Assembly: GCA_040878345.1 (NCBI GenBank)
Contig: JBBDML010000019.1
Span: 21,373 to 85,372 of the forward strand
Reading direction: 5' to 3'
Origin: Acidimicrobiia bacterium
GTDB taxonomy: Bacteria; Actinomycetota; Acidimicrobiia; Spongiisociales; ZC4RG35
Length of the DNA: 64,000 bases
Below are positions 53,028-62,892 of the stretch, one piece after another. Position numbers and translations under genes: made by a program. Each line of letters opens with the position of its first letter. The first letter of the stretch is position 1. The notes below the pieces were generated by a model. The model was not told where the DNA came from. It made no database searches and worked only from the letters and a program-made list of their open reading frames with translations.

Positions 53028-54866
53028 GTGACCGACCAGTCCGTCCTTGCCGAGCGAGCCGAGATCGACGCCGTCGTCGAGGGCAAGACCATCGTGGACT
53101 TCCTCGAGCGCAATGCGGACACCTACGCCGATCAGCCCGCCATCCACTGGAAGAACGAGGAGTGGGAGAGCCTGACCTGGTCCGAGTACCGCGACACGGT
53201 TCATGACGTCGCCGCCGGCCTCCAGGCGCTCGGCGTTGGCCAGGGGGAATTCGTGGCGATCATGGCCGGGAACCGCCCCGAGCACGTGATTGCCGACTTC
53301 GGCGTGGTTCACGCCGGTGGGACCCCAGTGACGATCTACTCGACGCTGACCGCCCCGCAGATCCAGTACATCGCCGACAACTGCAAGGCGACCGTCGCCA
53401 TCCTCGAGGATCTCGACTTCATGAAGCGGTGGGAGGAGATCCGGGCCGACCTCCCCAACCTCCGCTATGTGGTCCTGATGTCGGGGGCCGAGAATTACGA
53501 CACCCTCGACTGGGTGTTGGGCTGGGACCAGCTCGTGATGAAGGGCCAGCAATGGAGGGCCGAGGACCGTGACACGGTAGCGCGCTCGTCTGCCGCGGTC
53601 ACACCTGACAGCCTGGCCACCCTGATCTACACCTCAGGGACCACCGGGACCCCCAAAGGCGTGATGATCAGCCAGCGGAACGTGGTCTGGACGCTCGAAT
53701 CACTGCGTCGAGGGGCCAACCTCGAGATGGGAGCGAAGATGGTCTCCTACCTCCCCTTGGCCCATATCGCCGAACGACTGGCCACCCACTACCTGGGCAC
53801 ATATCTGGCGGGCCAGGTGTGGTACTGCCCCAACCTCGCCGGTGTCCTCGAGTACCTGTTGGTGGCCCGTCCCACCCTGTTCGTCGGGGTCCCCCGGGTG
53901 TACGAGAAGTTCCACTCGCGGCTCAACGCCCGCTTCGCCGAGGCCGAGGGGGTGAAGAAGGTCCTCCTCGATCGGGCGCTGGCGGCGAACGCCAAGAGGG
54001 TGGATGCCGAGCTGGCCGGCAGGTCGGGGCCGATGCTCGCCGGTGTCCTCGACAAGATCGTCCTCTCCAAGGTCCGTGACGGCCTGGGCCTCGACCAGGT
54101 TGCCATGGCCATCACCGCCGCCGCCCCGATCAGCGCCGATCTGGTCAAGTTCTTCATGACCCTCGGGGTGCCCCTCTATGAGCTCTATGGTCTCTCGGAG
54201 ACCACCGGTCCCGCCACCACCAATCTCCCCGGAGCGGTGAAGCCCGGGTCTGTTGGCAAGCCGATCCCGGGTGTCGAGGTCCAGCTGATGGATGACGGCG
54301 AGCTCCTGATCCGGGGCGGGGTGATCACCGATGGCTACTACAAGATGGACGACGCCACCCGAGAGTCCTTTGACGAGGAGGGATGGCTTCACAGCGGCGA
54401 CCTGGCCCGTATCGACGAGGAGGGGTTCGTCTGGATTGTTGGCCGGAAGAAGGAGATCATCATCACCGCCGCCGGTAAAAACATCGCCCCGGCCAAGCTG
54501 GAGACCACGCTGGGCAACCACCCTCTGATCTCGAAGGCCTGCATGATCGGCGACGGGCGCAAGTTCCTGGCCATGCTGATCGCGCTCGATGGCGAGGAGG
54601 CGCCGGATTGGGCCGCCGCCCACGGGTTGGAGTACGCCGACATGTCGAGCTTCTCCAAGCTGGCCGAGGTCCGTTCCGAGATCGAGAATGCGGTGGAGGC
54701 CGCCAACGAGACGGTGAGCCGCGTCGAGCAGATCAAGAAGTGGTTCGTCGTGCCTGACGAGTGGACCCCCGACGGCGGTGAGCTGACCCCGTCGCTCAAG
54801 CTGAAGCGACGGGTGGTCATGGACAAGTACGCCAACGAGATCGAGGCGATGTACACCGGCGTCTGA
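53028..54866 (+). CDS. Long-chain fatty acid-CoA ligase (FadD15-like AMP-binding enzyme)
   Basis: GTG after GGAGG. 'YTSGTTGTPKGV', 'YGLSETTG', 'GWLHSGDLARIDEEGF', 'TPSLKLKRR'. Confidence 0.85.
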   Translation: MTDQSVLAERAEIDAVVEGKTIVDFLERNADTYADQPAIHWKNEEWESLTWSEYRDTVHDVAAGLQALGVGQGEFVAIMAGNRPEHVIADFGVVHAGGTPVTIYSTLTAPQIQYIADNCKATVAILEDLDFMKRWEEIRADLPNLRYVVLMSGAENYDTLDWVLGWDQLVMKGQQWRAEDRDTVARSSAAVTPDSLATLIYTSGTTGTPKGVMISQRNVVWTLESLRRGANLEMGAKMVSYLPLAHIAERLATHYLGTYLAGQVWYCPNLAGVLEYLLVARPTLFVGVPRVYEKFHSRLNARFAEAEGVKKVLLDRALAANAKRVDAELAGRSGPMLAGVLDKIVLSKVRDGLGLDQVAMAITAAAPISADLVKFFMTLGVPLYELYGLSETTGPATTNLPGAVKPGSVGKPIPGVEVQLMDDGELLIRGGVITDGYYKMDDATRESFDEEGWLHSGDLARIDEEGFVWIVGRKKEIIITAAGKNIAPAKLETTLGNHPLISKACMIGDGRKFLAMLIALDGEEAPDWAAAHGLEYADMSSFSKLAEVRSEIENAVEAANETVSRVEQIKKWFVVPDEWTPDGGELTPSLKLKRRVVMDKYANEIEAMYTGV

Positions 54867-54901
54867 GCCGGGCCTCGTAGCTTCGAAGGAGACGGCATCA
54901 C

Positions 54902-55810
54902 TTGAGCGAGCCAATCACGTTCGACGGCCGCGTCGCCATCGTCACCGGGGCCGGCGGCGGTCTGGGCCGCACCTATGCCCTCGAGTTGGGGCGCCGCGGC
55001 GCCAGGGTCGTCGTCAACGATCTGGGTGGGGCAGTCGACGGGACCGGGGCGTCGTCATCTGCAGCCGACCAGGTGGTGACCGAGATCAAGGAAGGGGGAG
55101 GTGAGGCGGTGGCCAGCTACGACTCGGTGTCCACCGAGGAGGGCGGGGCGGAAGTCGTCCAGACCGCGGTCGACTCCTTCGGGACAGTCGACATATTGGT
55201 CAGCAATGCCGGGATTCTTCGTGACCGCTCATTCGCCAACATGACCATGGCCGAGGTGGGGGCAGTCCTCGACGTCCACCTGAAGGGCGGGTTCCATGTC
55301 TCGATGCCCGCCTTCCGGATCATGAAGGAGAAGAGTTACGGCCGCCTGGTCTTCGCCACCTCAGGCTCGGGTCTGTTCGGGAACTTCGGTCAGGCCAACT
55401 ACGCCGCGGCGAAGATGGGTCTGGTCGGGCTGAGCAATGTCATCGCCATCGAGGGTGCCAAGTACAACGTCAAGTCCAACGCCATCGCCCCCATCGCCCA
55501 CACCAGGATGACCGAGGACCTTCTCGGGCCTCTGGTGGAGATGGTCTCCCCGGAGCTGGTGACACCGTTGGTGGTCTATCTCTGCTCGGAAGACAACCCG
55601 CACACTCATCAGATCTTCACCGTGGGCGGTGGTAGGTACGGCAGGGTGTTCGTCGGGACCAACAACGGCTGGTTCGCCGGAGGCGGCGAGGCTCCTTCGG
55701 TTGAGGAGGTCGCCGGCCACATCGACGAGATCCGGGACATCTCCGACTACGTGGTGCCGGGCTCGAGCACCGAGGAGATCATGCTGCTCGGTCAAATGCT
55801 GGCCGGCTGA
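54902..55810 (+). CDS. SDR dehydrogenase resembling the N-terminal (3R)-hydroxyacyl-CoA dehydrogenase module of multifunctional enzyme type 2
   Basis: TTG after GAAGGAGA. 'VAIVTGAGGGLGRTYALELGRRGARVVVNDLGG', 'YAAAKMGLVGL'. Confidence 0.8.
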   Translation: MSEPITFDGRVAIVTGAGGGLGRTYALELGRRGARVVVNDLGGAVDGTGASSSAADQVVTEIKEGGGEAVASYDSVSTEEGGAEVVQTAVDSFGTVDILVSNAGILRDRSFANMTMAEVGAVLDVHLKGGFHVSMPAFRIMKEKSYGRLVFATSGSGLFGNFGQANYAAAKMGLVGLSNVIAIEGAKYNVKSNAIAPIAHTRMTEDLLGPLVEMVSPELVTPLVVYLCSEDNPHTHQIFTVGGGRYGRVFVGTNNGWFAGGGEAPSVEEVAGHIDEIRDISDYVVPGSSTEEIMLLGQMLAG

Positions 55811-56661
55811 TGCCGATCGACATCGAGAAGGTGCTGGGAGCCGAGGTCCCCGGAGCCGACTTCTCCTGGACCGAGAAGGACATCATCCTCTACAACCTGG
55901 CGGTGGGGGCGGGTGATCCGCCGACCGACCTCAACGAGCTCCGCTACACCTATGAGGGAGACCTGGTCGCTCTCCCCGGGTTCGGCACCATCCCTCCTTT
56001 CGCGATGATGATGAGCCTGACTTCCATGGATGGCGCCGACATCAACCTGGCCCAGATCCTCCATGGTGAGCAGAGCCTCACCGTCCATGGCCCGATCCCG
56101 ACCAGTGGCTCGGTCAGCCAGGCCGGGCGGGTCAGCGATGTCTTCGACAAGGGTAAGGGGGCGCTCATCGTGTTAGAGGTGGTATCCACCCTGGAGAGGG
56201 ACGGGCAAATCCTGTTCACCAACCGGGCCGGGGTCTACGTCCGGGGTGAGGGCGGGTTCGGTGGAGACCCCGGGCCGGGATCGAGGCCAAAAGCCCCCGA
56301 TCGTCAGCCCGATCACATCGTCGAGACGCCCACCATACCCCAGCAGGCCCTCCTCTACCGTCAGGCGTCGGGCGACCGCAACCCCCTCCATGCCGACCCG
56401 GGCTTTGCCGCCTTTGCCGGTTACGAGCGTCCCATCCTCCATGGGTTGTGCACCTACGGGATGGCGGCCAAGGTGGCGGTCGACACCGTCCTCGACGGCG
56501 ACCCCGGGCAATTCGAGGGGCTCACCGCTCGCTTCTCCGGCCATGTCTTCCCCGGAGAGACCCTGGTGACCAGGATTTGGGAGGACGGTGACGGCCACCT
56601 GCTGGAGGTGTCGACCAAGGAGCGGGGTCTCCCGGTCCTCTCCAACGCCCGGTTGAGCTAG
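55810..56661 (+). CDS. MaoC-like (R)-specific enoyl-CoA hydratase, double hot-dog
   Basis: 1-nt overlap with the SDR gene. 'YRQASGDRNPLHADPGFA', 'ILHGLCTYG'. Confidence 0.85.
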   Translation: MPIDIEKVLGAEVPGADFSWTEKDIILYNLAVGAGDPPTDLNELRYTYEGDLVALPGFGTIPPFAMMMSLTSMDGADINLAQILHGEQSLTVHGPIPTSGSVSQAGRVSDVFDKGKGALIVLEVVSTLERDGQILFTNRAGVYVRGEGGFGGDPGPGSRPKAPDRQPDHIVETPTIPQQALLYRQASGDRNPLHADPGFAAFAGYERPILHGLCTYGMAAKVAVDTVLDGDPGQFEGLTARFSGHVFPGETLVTRIWEDGDGHLLEVSTKERGLPVLSNARLS

Positions 56662-57449
56662 GCCGTTATATCCACCGGCGTCCCGATGGGGACTATCGAG
56701 TGGAGCATGGCGATCATGTCATTGGGGAGCCTGACACATCCGAGCGACGCGGCTTGGCCGATCGATGAGGGACGATTGGTCCCATGAATCCCCACGATGC
56801 CGTCACCACCGTTGAACTCGGTGACGGTGTCGGATCTCGCCGACAGGCCGAGGGCATTCGGGCCCCAAGGGCCGGCTGAGTTGGTGATCCGGACCCGGTC
56901 GGTGACGAAGAACCGTCCCGTGGGAGTGGGGTTGGAGGCCGTTCCCACCGCCACCGTCGACCTGAACCTCTCCTCACCCCCGACCGAGTAGACCAATTGC
57001 CTCTCGCTCAGATCGATATCGATCCGCCCATCGACCACGTAGAGCTCCACCCCCTCGAGGCTGATCCAACCGGTGGTCCCGTTGGGCCGCACCGGGAGCA
57101 TCACTTCGGCCCATTCGTCGACAGGTTGGTCGACCAGGGCGAGCACGGTGGTGGTGCCCAGGATCGTGGTCTTGGGGAGCACCAGCATCGGCTCGGCGCT
57201 CCCGGGGGCGCTGAACACCTCCACCCCTTCGGAGGCGAGGGCCACCAGGGTGCCCTCGACCTCACCTGTCTCGGCAAACCCCTGGTAGAGCGGTCCGGCC
57301 AAAGTGGTGGTGGGAGACTCACCAGGCGTGGTGGTTGCCACCGAGGATGGGGGAGCTGAGCTAGGGTCCTCCGACTGGCGCCCGCCGCCACAGGCGACGA
57401 GAACGAGGAGGGCGAGAGCGAGCCCCGAGGCGGTCCGGGCGGAGAACAT
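56658..57449 (-). CDS. L,D-transpeptidase (YkuD domain) lipoprotein
   Basis: Lipobox 'LVLVACGG', Ser/Thr/Pro linker, catalytic 'GIHGTN...SLGCVRL'. Confidence 0.85.
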   Translation of the reverse strand: MFSARTASGLALALLVLVACGGGRQSEDPSSAPPSSVATTTPGESPTTTLAGPLYQGFAETGEVEGTLVALASEGVEVFSAPGSAEPMLVLPKTTILGTTTVLALVDQPVDEWAEVMLPVRPNGTTGWISLEGVELYVVDGRIDIDLSERQLVYSVGGEERFRSTVAVGTASNPTPTGRFFVTDRVRITNSAGPWGPNALGLSARSDTVTEFNGGDGIVGIHGTNRPSSIGQAASLGCVRLPNDMIAMLHSIVPIGTPVDITA

Positions 57450-57497
57450 GACTGGGATGGTATCGGCCCGGTCCCTTTCGGTGTTTAGCCTCCGCCG

Positions 57498-58451
57498 ATG
57501 GCCGAGATCCTGGTCACCCGCGCTCTCCCATCCGACATCCTGGGGCCGCTGCTATCCCGAGGCGGGGTGGAGGTCTGGGAAGGTGATGGCCCTATCCGGC
57601 GCGAGGTGTTGCTCGCTTCGGTGGGTAACTCACTGGGTGTCCTCAGCATGCTCACAGACTCGATCGACGCCGAACTGCTCGAGGCCGCGCCCCGGCTAAT
57701 GGTGGTGTCGCAGATGGCCGCCGGTGTCGACAACATCGACCTCGATGCCTGCGCCCGTCGCGGGGTGAGGGTGGGCCACACACCAGGGGTGCTCACCGAG
57801 ACGGTGGCCGATACCGCCTTTGCCCTGATGGCCTCGATCGTGCGCCGCCTCCCCGAGGGCAAGCGCCTGGTCGAGGAGGGGCGCTGGGGCCCTTGGTCGC
57901 CCTTCGAAGGTCTGGGCGGCGACCTCCACGGATCGGTCTTGGGCATCGTGGGCATGGGTGGTGTCGGCAGGGCGGTGGCGCGTCGGGCGTCCGGCTTCGA
58001 GATGAGGGTGATCTACACCACGCCTCGGGCGGTGGAGGGCTCGCCGGGCCAAGCGGTCACACTCGACGAGCTCCTGGCCACCGCCGACGTAGTGATGTTG
58101 TGCGCCCCTCTCACCGAGGAGACACGGGCGATGATCGGGGTGGCGCAGCTCGAGGCGATGAGACCCATCTCCTACCTGGTCAACGTGGCCCGTGGGCAGC
58201 TGGTGGACACTGACGCCCTGGTGGAGGCCCTCGGCTCGGGTTCCATCGCCGGGGCGGCACTCGATGTCATCGACCCCGAGCCGCTGCCCCCCGACCACCC
58301 CATCCTGAGCCTGCCCAACTGCCTGGTGACCCCCCACATCGCCAGCGCCTCGGTCTCCACCAGGAGGGCAATGGCGAAGCTGGCGGTGGACAACCTGATC
58401 GCCGGGCTCGATGGCACCGAGATGCCGGCGGAACGTCGTCCCGGTGGGTAG
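57498..58451 (+). CDS. D-isomer-specific 2-hydroxyacid dehydrogenase (glyoxylate/hydroxypyruvate reductase-like)
   Basis: 'GIVGMGGVGRAVARR', 'NVARGQLVD', 'LDVIDPEPLP', 'TPHIAS'. Confidence 0.85.
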   Translation: MAEILVTRALPSDILGPLLSRGGVEVWEGDGPIRREVLLASVGNSLGVLSMLTDSIDAELLEAAPRLMVVSQMAAGVDNIDLDACARRGVRVGHTPGVLTETVADTAFALMASIVRRLPEGKRLVEEGRWGPWSPFEGLGGDLHGSVLGIVGMGGVGRAVARRASGFEMRVIYTTPRAVEGSPGQAVTLDELLATADVVMLCAPLTEETRAMIGVAQLEAMRPISYLVNVARGQLVDTDALVEALGSGSIAGAALDVIDPEPLPPDHPILSLPNCLVTPHIASASVSTRRAMAKLAVDNLIAGLDGTEMPAERRPGG

Positions 58452-58516
58452 GCGTTCAGGGCTGATTACTCTCCACTGACCCCGTTGCGTGAGGAGGACA
58501 GATCGAGACCTTCAAC

Positions 58517-60040
58517 TTGCCTCCAGCCAAGTCGGTGGAGCGCAATCCCAGTCAGGAGAGGCTCCGGGAGCTGGCACGAGCCGACACCTCCCGCGTAATC
58601 GAGACCGAGTTCGGCAATCTCAACTACCGGGCGGAGGTGACCGCCCGGCTCAAGAACTCGACGTTCTTCGTCGCCGACCACGAGATCCACCAGAACCGGA
58701 TCTCCAGGGCCGAGGCCCAGGGGTGGGCGGCCTGCCAGGACCGATACATCGCCGATCGGGAGATGCTCCTGGTCGAGGGTTTCATCGGGCCCGACCCCGA
58801 CTTTCGGACCGGCTGCCGGCTGTTCATCGAGGCGAGCCAGCCCAACATCGCCGCGATGCAGGTCCAGCTCTACTTCCCCCCTGATGAGAGATGGGAGCCC
58901 GAGTTCAGCGTGATCTACACCCCCGGCCTGGCCGCCCCGGGAAAGCCGGACGAGCGCCTCATCATCGTCGATCTCGACAATTGGGTGACCCGGGTGTTCG
59001 GCTCCGACTACTTCGGTGAGTCCAAGATGGGCGGTCTCCGGATGTGGAACCGGATGGTGTACGACATGGGGGGTCTTGGCCTCCATGCCGGGCTGAAGAC
59101 CTACCCGGCCCAGGTGACCAGGAGCGGCGCCGAGGAGTCGATGTTGATCATCGGCCTCTCGGGGACCGGCAAGACCACCACCACATTTCGCCAGCAGCTC
59201 GGGTCGCTACCGGTGCAGGACGACTTCGTCGCCCTGATGCCCGGAGGGCTGATCCACACCACTGAAGCCGGGTGTTTCGCCAAGACCTTTGGCCTCGATC
59301 CCGAGGACGAGCCGACCATCTACGGCGGCACCACCCGCCCCGACGCCTGGCTGGAGAACGTCTCGGTCGACAAGAGCGGGAAGGTCGACTTCTTCGACAC
59401 CGGGTACACGGCCAACGGGCGCTGCACCTTCCCGATGGCCAACATCCGCCATCGCGACCCGCGAGCGGTCCCCCCTGCTCGCTTTCTCGTCATCCTCAAT
59501 CGGTCAGATCACGTCATACCTGCGGTGGCCAAGCTCAACCGGGACCAGATCGCTGCCTACTTCATGCTGGGCGAGACCAAGGGGACCTCGGCCGGAGGGG
59601 AAGCCGAGGCCGGCAAGAGCCTGCGGGTCCCGGGCACCAACCCATTCTTCTTCGACGACGATTCCCTCCAGGGGAACCGGCTCCTCGAGCTGCTGGAGAC
59701 CATCCCCGATCTCGAGGCGTTCATGCTCAACACCGGGCGGATCGGCGGCGAGGGGGGCGACTCGAAGAAGGTCACCATCCCCGGTTCGTCGGCGATAGTC
59801 CAGGGAATCGTGGAGGAGTCGATCTCATGGACCACGGATCACGACTTCGGATACCAGGTGGCCGAAAACGTCCTTGGGGTCGCCGATCCCGAGTTGCTCC
59901 AACCCCGACGCCTCTACGAGAGGACGGGCCGGCTCGAGGAGTACGAGACGACCGTTGCCAGGCTGAGCAAGGAGCGTGTCGACTACTTGGCCGGCTACCA
60001 GGCTCTCGACCCTTCGATTCCTTCCGGTCTCCAGGGCTGA
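58517..60040 (+). CDS. pckA: Phosphoenolpyruvate carboxykinase (ATP-dependent)
   Basis: 'IIGLSGTGKTT' kinase-1a, 'ANGRCTFP', 'FMLNTGRIGG'. The TTG start is provisional, since the SD is far upstream. Confidence 0.88.
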   Translation: MPPAKSVERNPSQERLRELARADTSRVIETEFGNLNYRAEVTARLKNSTFFVADHEIHQNRISRAEAQGWAACQDRYIADREMLLVEGFIGPDPDFRTGCRLFIEASQPNIAAMQVQLYFPPDERWEPEFSVIYTPGLAAPGKPDERLIIVDLDNWVTRVFGSDYFGESKMGGLRMWNRMVYDMGGLGLHAGLKTYPAQVTRSGAEESMLIIGLSGTGKTTTTFRQQLGSLPVQDDFVALMPGGLIHTTEAGCFAKTFGLDPEDEPTIYGGTTRPDAWLENVSVDKSGKVDFFDTGYTANGRCTFPMANIRHRDPRAVPPARFLVILNRSDHVIPAVAKLNRDQIAAYFMLGETKGTSAGGEAEAGKSLRVPGTNPFFFDDDSLQGNRLLELLETIPDLEAFMLNTGRIGGEGGDSKKVTIPGSSAIVQGIVEESISWTTDHDFGYQVAENVLGVADPELLQPRRLYERTGRLEEYETTVARLSKERVDYLAGYQALDPSIPSGLQG

Positions 60041-60679
60041 CTAGAGCCTGGGGAAGAGGGCGAGAAGACACCCCGACTCGACACTGATGTCCACCACCGG
60101 GGACACCAGTCGGTTGGAGAGCCCGCGCGTCGACCCGAACTGGAGGTCTTCCCCGGCCAGGTCCCAATGGAGCCCGGTCGTCCTCACACCTGTTGCGTCT
60201 CCACCGGAGGCGATCAGGCTCACTGTGGCGCCGATGTCGCCGTGGAGCCGCCGGTGGCCCCGAATCACGTGAGCCCGGCCCCGCGCCGAGAACCAGTCGA
60301 TCTCCTCGATCCCCACCCACCGCGGCGAGCAGATCAGGGCGGCGGCACCGAACTCATGGTCGATCCGGCCCCCGGAGCCACCTACGATCACCACTCGGTC
60401 GGGGGCTTGCATCGACATCAACTCGAGAGCCAGCTCGAGATCGGTGGCGTCCTTGTCCACCGGATGACGCTCGACCAACACATGACCGGGAAGCTCGGCT
60501 GCGTGTATCGAGTCGAGATCACCGACCAGGACATCGACCGGGTGACCGAGCTCGACGGCGATGTCGTAGCCGCCGTCGGCGGCGACCACCAGCTCGGCCT
60601 CGGGAAGGTCCTCCAGGACGTCCCGGGGAGGGGACTCACCACCGGCGAAGAGGATCAAGGTTCTCATTGAGAATGACAA
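60041..60679 (-). CDS. Thiamine pyrophosphokinase
   Basis: 'LILFAGGE', 'VVAADGG', 'LVGDLDSI', 'DKDATDLELAL', C-terminal B1-binding-like domain. Confidence 0.75.
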   Translation of the reverse strand: MSFSMRTLILFAGGESPPRDVLEDLPEAELVVAADGGYDIAVELGHPVDVLVGDLDSIHAAELPGHVLVERHPVDKDATDLELALELMSMQAPDRVVIVGGSGGRIDHEFGAAALICSPRWVGIEEIDWFSARGRAHVIRGHRRLHGDIGATVSLIASGGDATGVRTTGLHWDLAGEDLQFGSTRGLSNRLVSPVVDISVESGCLLALFPRL

Positions 60680-60816
60680 AATCGTCTTACGCGCCGTCCC
60701 GCGGGTAAGACTTAACGCTCAAGTGGACCTTGAGGGTTGGCGATCGATGGCGGTGGAGGCATGGTGGGCGGTGATACGGCATATCTGGGCCCCAGGTGGG
60801 GTTAGCATTCTCGCAG

Positions 60817-61428
60817 ATGTCCGACGCCAACGTCCTCACCATCACCCCAGAGGCGCTCGATATGATCGTCCAGCTGCGTGACAACGAGCCGGGCGACGAC
60901 GAGTTCGCACTCTCCCTCGCTGTGTCCGGGACAAGGGGCCCTCAATACACCTACGAGCTCGCTTTCGTCCCCCTCACCGACAAGACCGAGGATTGGGCGT
61001 TGGAGAGTCATGGGGATCTGGCCGTGATCTTCCCCATCGCCGACAGCGAGAAGCTCGATGGTGCCGCGTTGGAGCTCACCGAGAGCGGTCTCGCCATGAA
61101 CAACCCGAACAACCCGGTTTCGCCCTCGATCCCCGGCTTCAACGGCGAGCTCTCCGGGCCTCTGGCCGAACAGGTCCAGCAGGTCCTCGCCGAGCAGATC
61201 AACCCGGCCATCGCCGGCCATGGCGGGGGCGCCGAGCTGGTGGGAATCGACGGGACCGTCGCCTACCTTCGCCTCAGCGGCGGCTGCCAGGGTTGTGGCA
61301 TGGCCCAGGTCACCCTCAGGCAGGGGATCGAGAAGGCCTTGCTGGACGCCATCGACGAGCTCACCGCGATCGTGGACGTCACCGACCACGAGTCTGGCGA
61401 GGCCCCCTACTACGCCCACCAGCACTGA
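60817..61428 (+). CDS. Fe-S cluster carrier: HesB/IscA-like N-domain fused to an Nfu C-domain (NfuA-like)
   Basis: 'INPAIAGHGGGAELVGIDG...LRLSGGCQGCGMA'. The alternative start is GTG 60796. Confidence 0.8.
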   Translation: MSDANVLTITPEALDMIVQLRDNEPGDDEFALSLAVSGTRGPQYTYELAFVPLTDKTEDWALESHGDLAVIFPIADSEKLDGAALELTESGLAMNNPNNPVSPSIPGFNGELSGPLAEQVQQVLAEQINPAIAGHGGGAELVGIDGTVAYLRLSGGCQGCGMAQVTLRQGIEKALLDAIDELTAIVDVTDHESGEAPYYAHQH

Positions 61429-61437
61429 CCGAGGCTG

Positions 61438-62013
61438 ATGCCTCGGTTCACCCGGGCTCAACTCGAGGCCTTCCGGGACCAACCCGTGCCCGACCTGATC
61501 GGCGATGACTGTCGTCTGCTGATCGTGGGAATCAACCCGGGCTTGTGGACCGCCGCCACCCAAACCCATTTCTGTCATCCCAGCAACCGTTTCTACCCGG
61601 CCCTTCGGACCGCCGGTCTGATCCATTGGGGTCTCGACACCGCCACGGGGATCACTCCGGGGCAACGCCAGGGCTTCACAGCAACCGGCATGGGCATCAC
61701 CAACCTGGTCAATCGGGCCACCGCCCGGGCCTCCGAGCTCTCCGCCGATGAGCTCGAGGCGGGTGGCAGGCGCCTGGTCGACCTGGCGCAACGCATGTCC
61801 CCGTCGGTGATCGCCATCGCCGGCGTGACCGCCTACCGGACTGCATTCCAACGTCCCGGTGCGGTCCTCGGCGAGCAGGAGGAGGGGATCGGCCCGGCAG
61901 CAACCTGGGTCATCCCCAACCCCAGCGGGCTCAACGCCCATGTCACGGTGGCCGATCTCGCCGGGTGGCTCCGAAAGGTTGCTGATATCGCCGGGGTCGG
62001 CTCAGGTCTCTGA
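61438..62013 (+). CDS. mug: G/U mismatch-specific uracil-DNA glycosylase (family 2, Mug-like)
   Basis: 'LLIVGINPG' active-site motif, 'NPSGLNA' near the C-terminus. Confidence 0.8.
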   Translation: MPRFTRAQLEAFRDQPVPDLIGDDCRLLIVGINPGLWTAATQTHFCHPSNRFYPALRTAGLIHWGLDTATGITPGQRQGFTATGMGITNLVNRATARASELSADELEAGGRRLVDLAQRMSPSVIAIAGVTAYRTAFQRPGAVLGEQEEGIGPAATWVIPNPSGLNAHVTVADLAGWLRKVADIAGVGSGL

Positions 62014-62019
62014 ACCCGG

Positions 62020-62832
62020 TCAGCCCCGGTCCAAGAAGAGGGTCTGGGCCGATCTCCCCACCCACGCGCCCTGATCCCAGAGAAGTCCTGCTGCAACACC
62101 ACGCCCCAGTTCCTGGTAGATCGAGACCGCGTCCAAAGCCACCCACTCGCCATCAGGGTGACGTCCCAGATGCACAGTCAGGTCGCTGTTCATGAACACC
62201 CACCCCGGGTCCAGTGCCGCCGACACGCCGTTGCAGAAGTCGGCCACCATCACCGCTCGTTGAGCGGCAGTCGGGTCCTCGCCGGCGACGATCGGAACCA
62301 CGAGGCGAGCCCAGATGGCCCCCGGCCCCTTCTCGGCGAATCTCCCGTGGATCTGTCGAACCTCGATGGCGTTGCGATGGAACATGACCTTGCCCGGATC
62401 GCCATGGCCCCACGACTCCGAGTCGATCACCTCAGACTCCCCGGGGGGCGCCAGGGTCGTGACCGGGGTGGCGAGGTCCATGGGGAGGGGCCGGTGCGCG
62501 ATCCGCAGACGTTGCACGATGGCGACTGATAGAAGTGTCCCGTTTGGGTCCGAGACAATCGCCTGGACCGTCTGAATCTTCTTGCCTTCCCTGAGAATCG
62601 AGGTTTCGACGGTCAGAGGGACCAGGGGGACCACCCTGAACAGCTCGACGCTGACCCTGGCCACTTCCATCGGGGTCAGGGTGGGCACCTTCTCGACCTC
62701 TCCGGTGATCAAGGCGGCGAGGGCCCCTCCGTGCTGACCCTCTTCGTACCATCCGGCGTTGGACAGCTCGGTCGACTCAAAGGTGCCTGGCCGATCCGTG
62801 GGGAGATAAACCGCTGGTTGGGCCTGGTTCAT
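62020..62832 (-). CDS. Thioesterase-superfamily protein (acyl-CoA thioesterase, double hot-dog-like)
   Basis: 'QHGGALAALI', 'REGKKIQTV'. Layout typical of actinobacterial TesB-like thioesterases. Confidence 0.65.
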   Translation of the reverse strand: MNQAQPAVYLPTDRPGTFESTELSNAGWYEEGQHGGALAALITGEVEKVPTLTPMEVARVSVELFRVVPLVPLTVETSILREGKKIQTVQAIVSDPNGTLLSVAIVQRLRIAHRPLPMDLATPVTTLAPPGESEVIDSESWGHGDPGKVMFHRNAIEVRQIHGRFAEKGPGAIWARLVVPIVAGEDPTAAQRAVMVADFCNGVSAALDPGWVFMNSDLTVHLGRHPDGEWVALDAVSIYQELGRGVAAGLLWDQGAWVGRSAQTLFLDRG

Positions 62833-62892
62833 GGGCGGGGCACCCTAACGGAGCAATGGAATCGTGGCGGTGGTCGTTTAACATCACCACCT

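Noticed and set aside
53700-54914. 404-aa minus ORF antisense to the fadD-like gene, and a 379-aa minus ORF at 60802-61941 antisense to nfu/mug
   Set aside because: No motifs. The opposite strands encode clearly recognisable enzymes.
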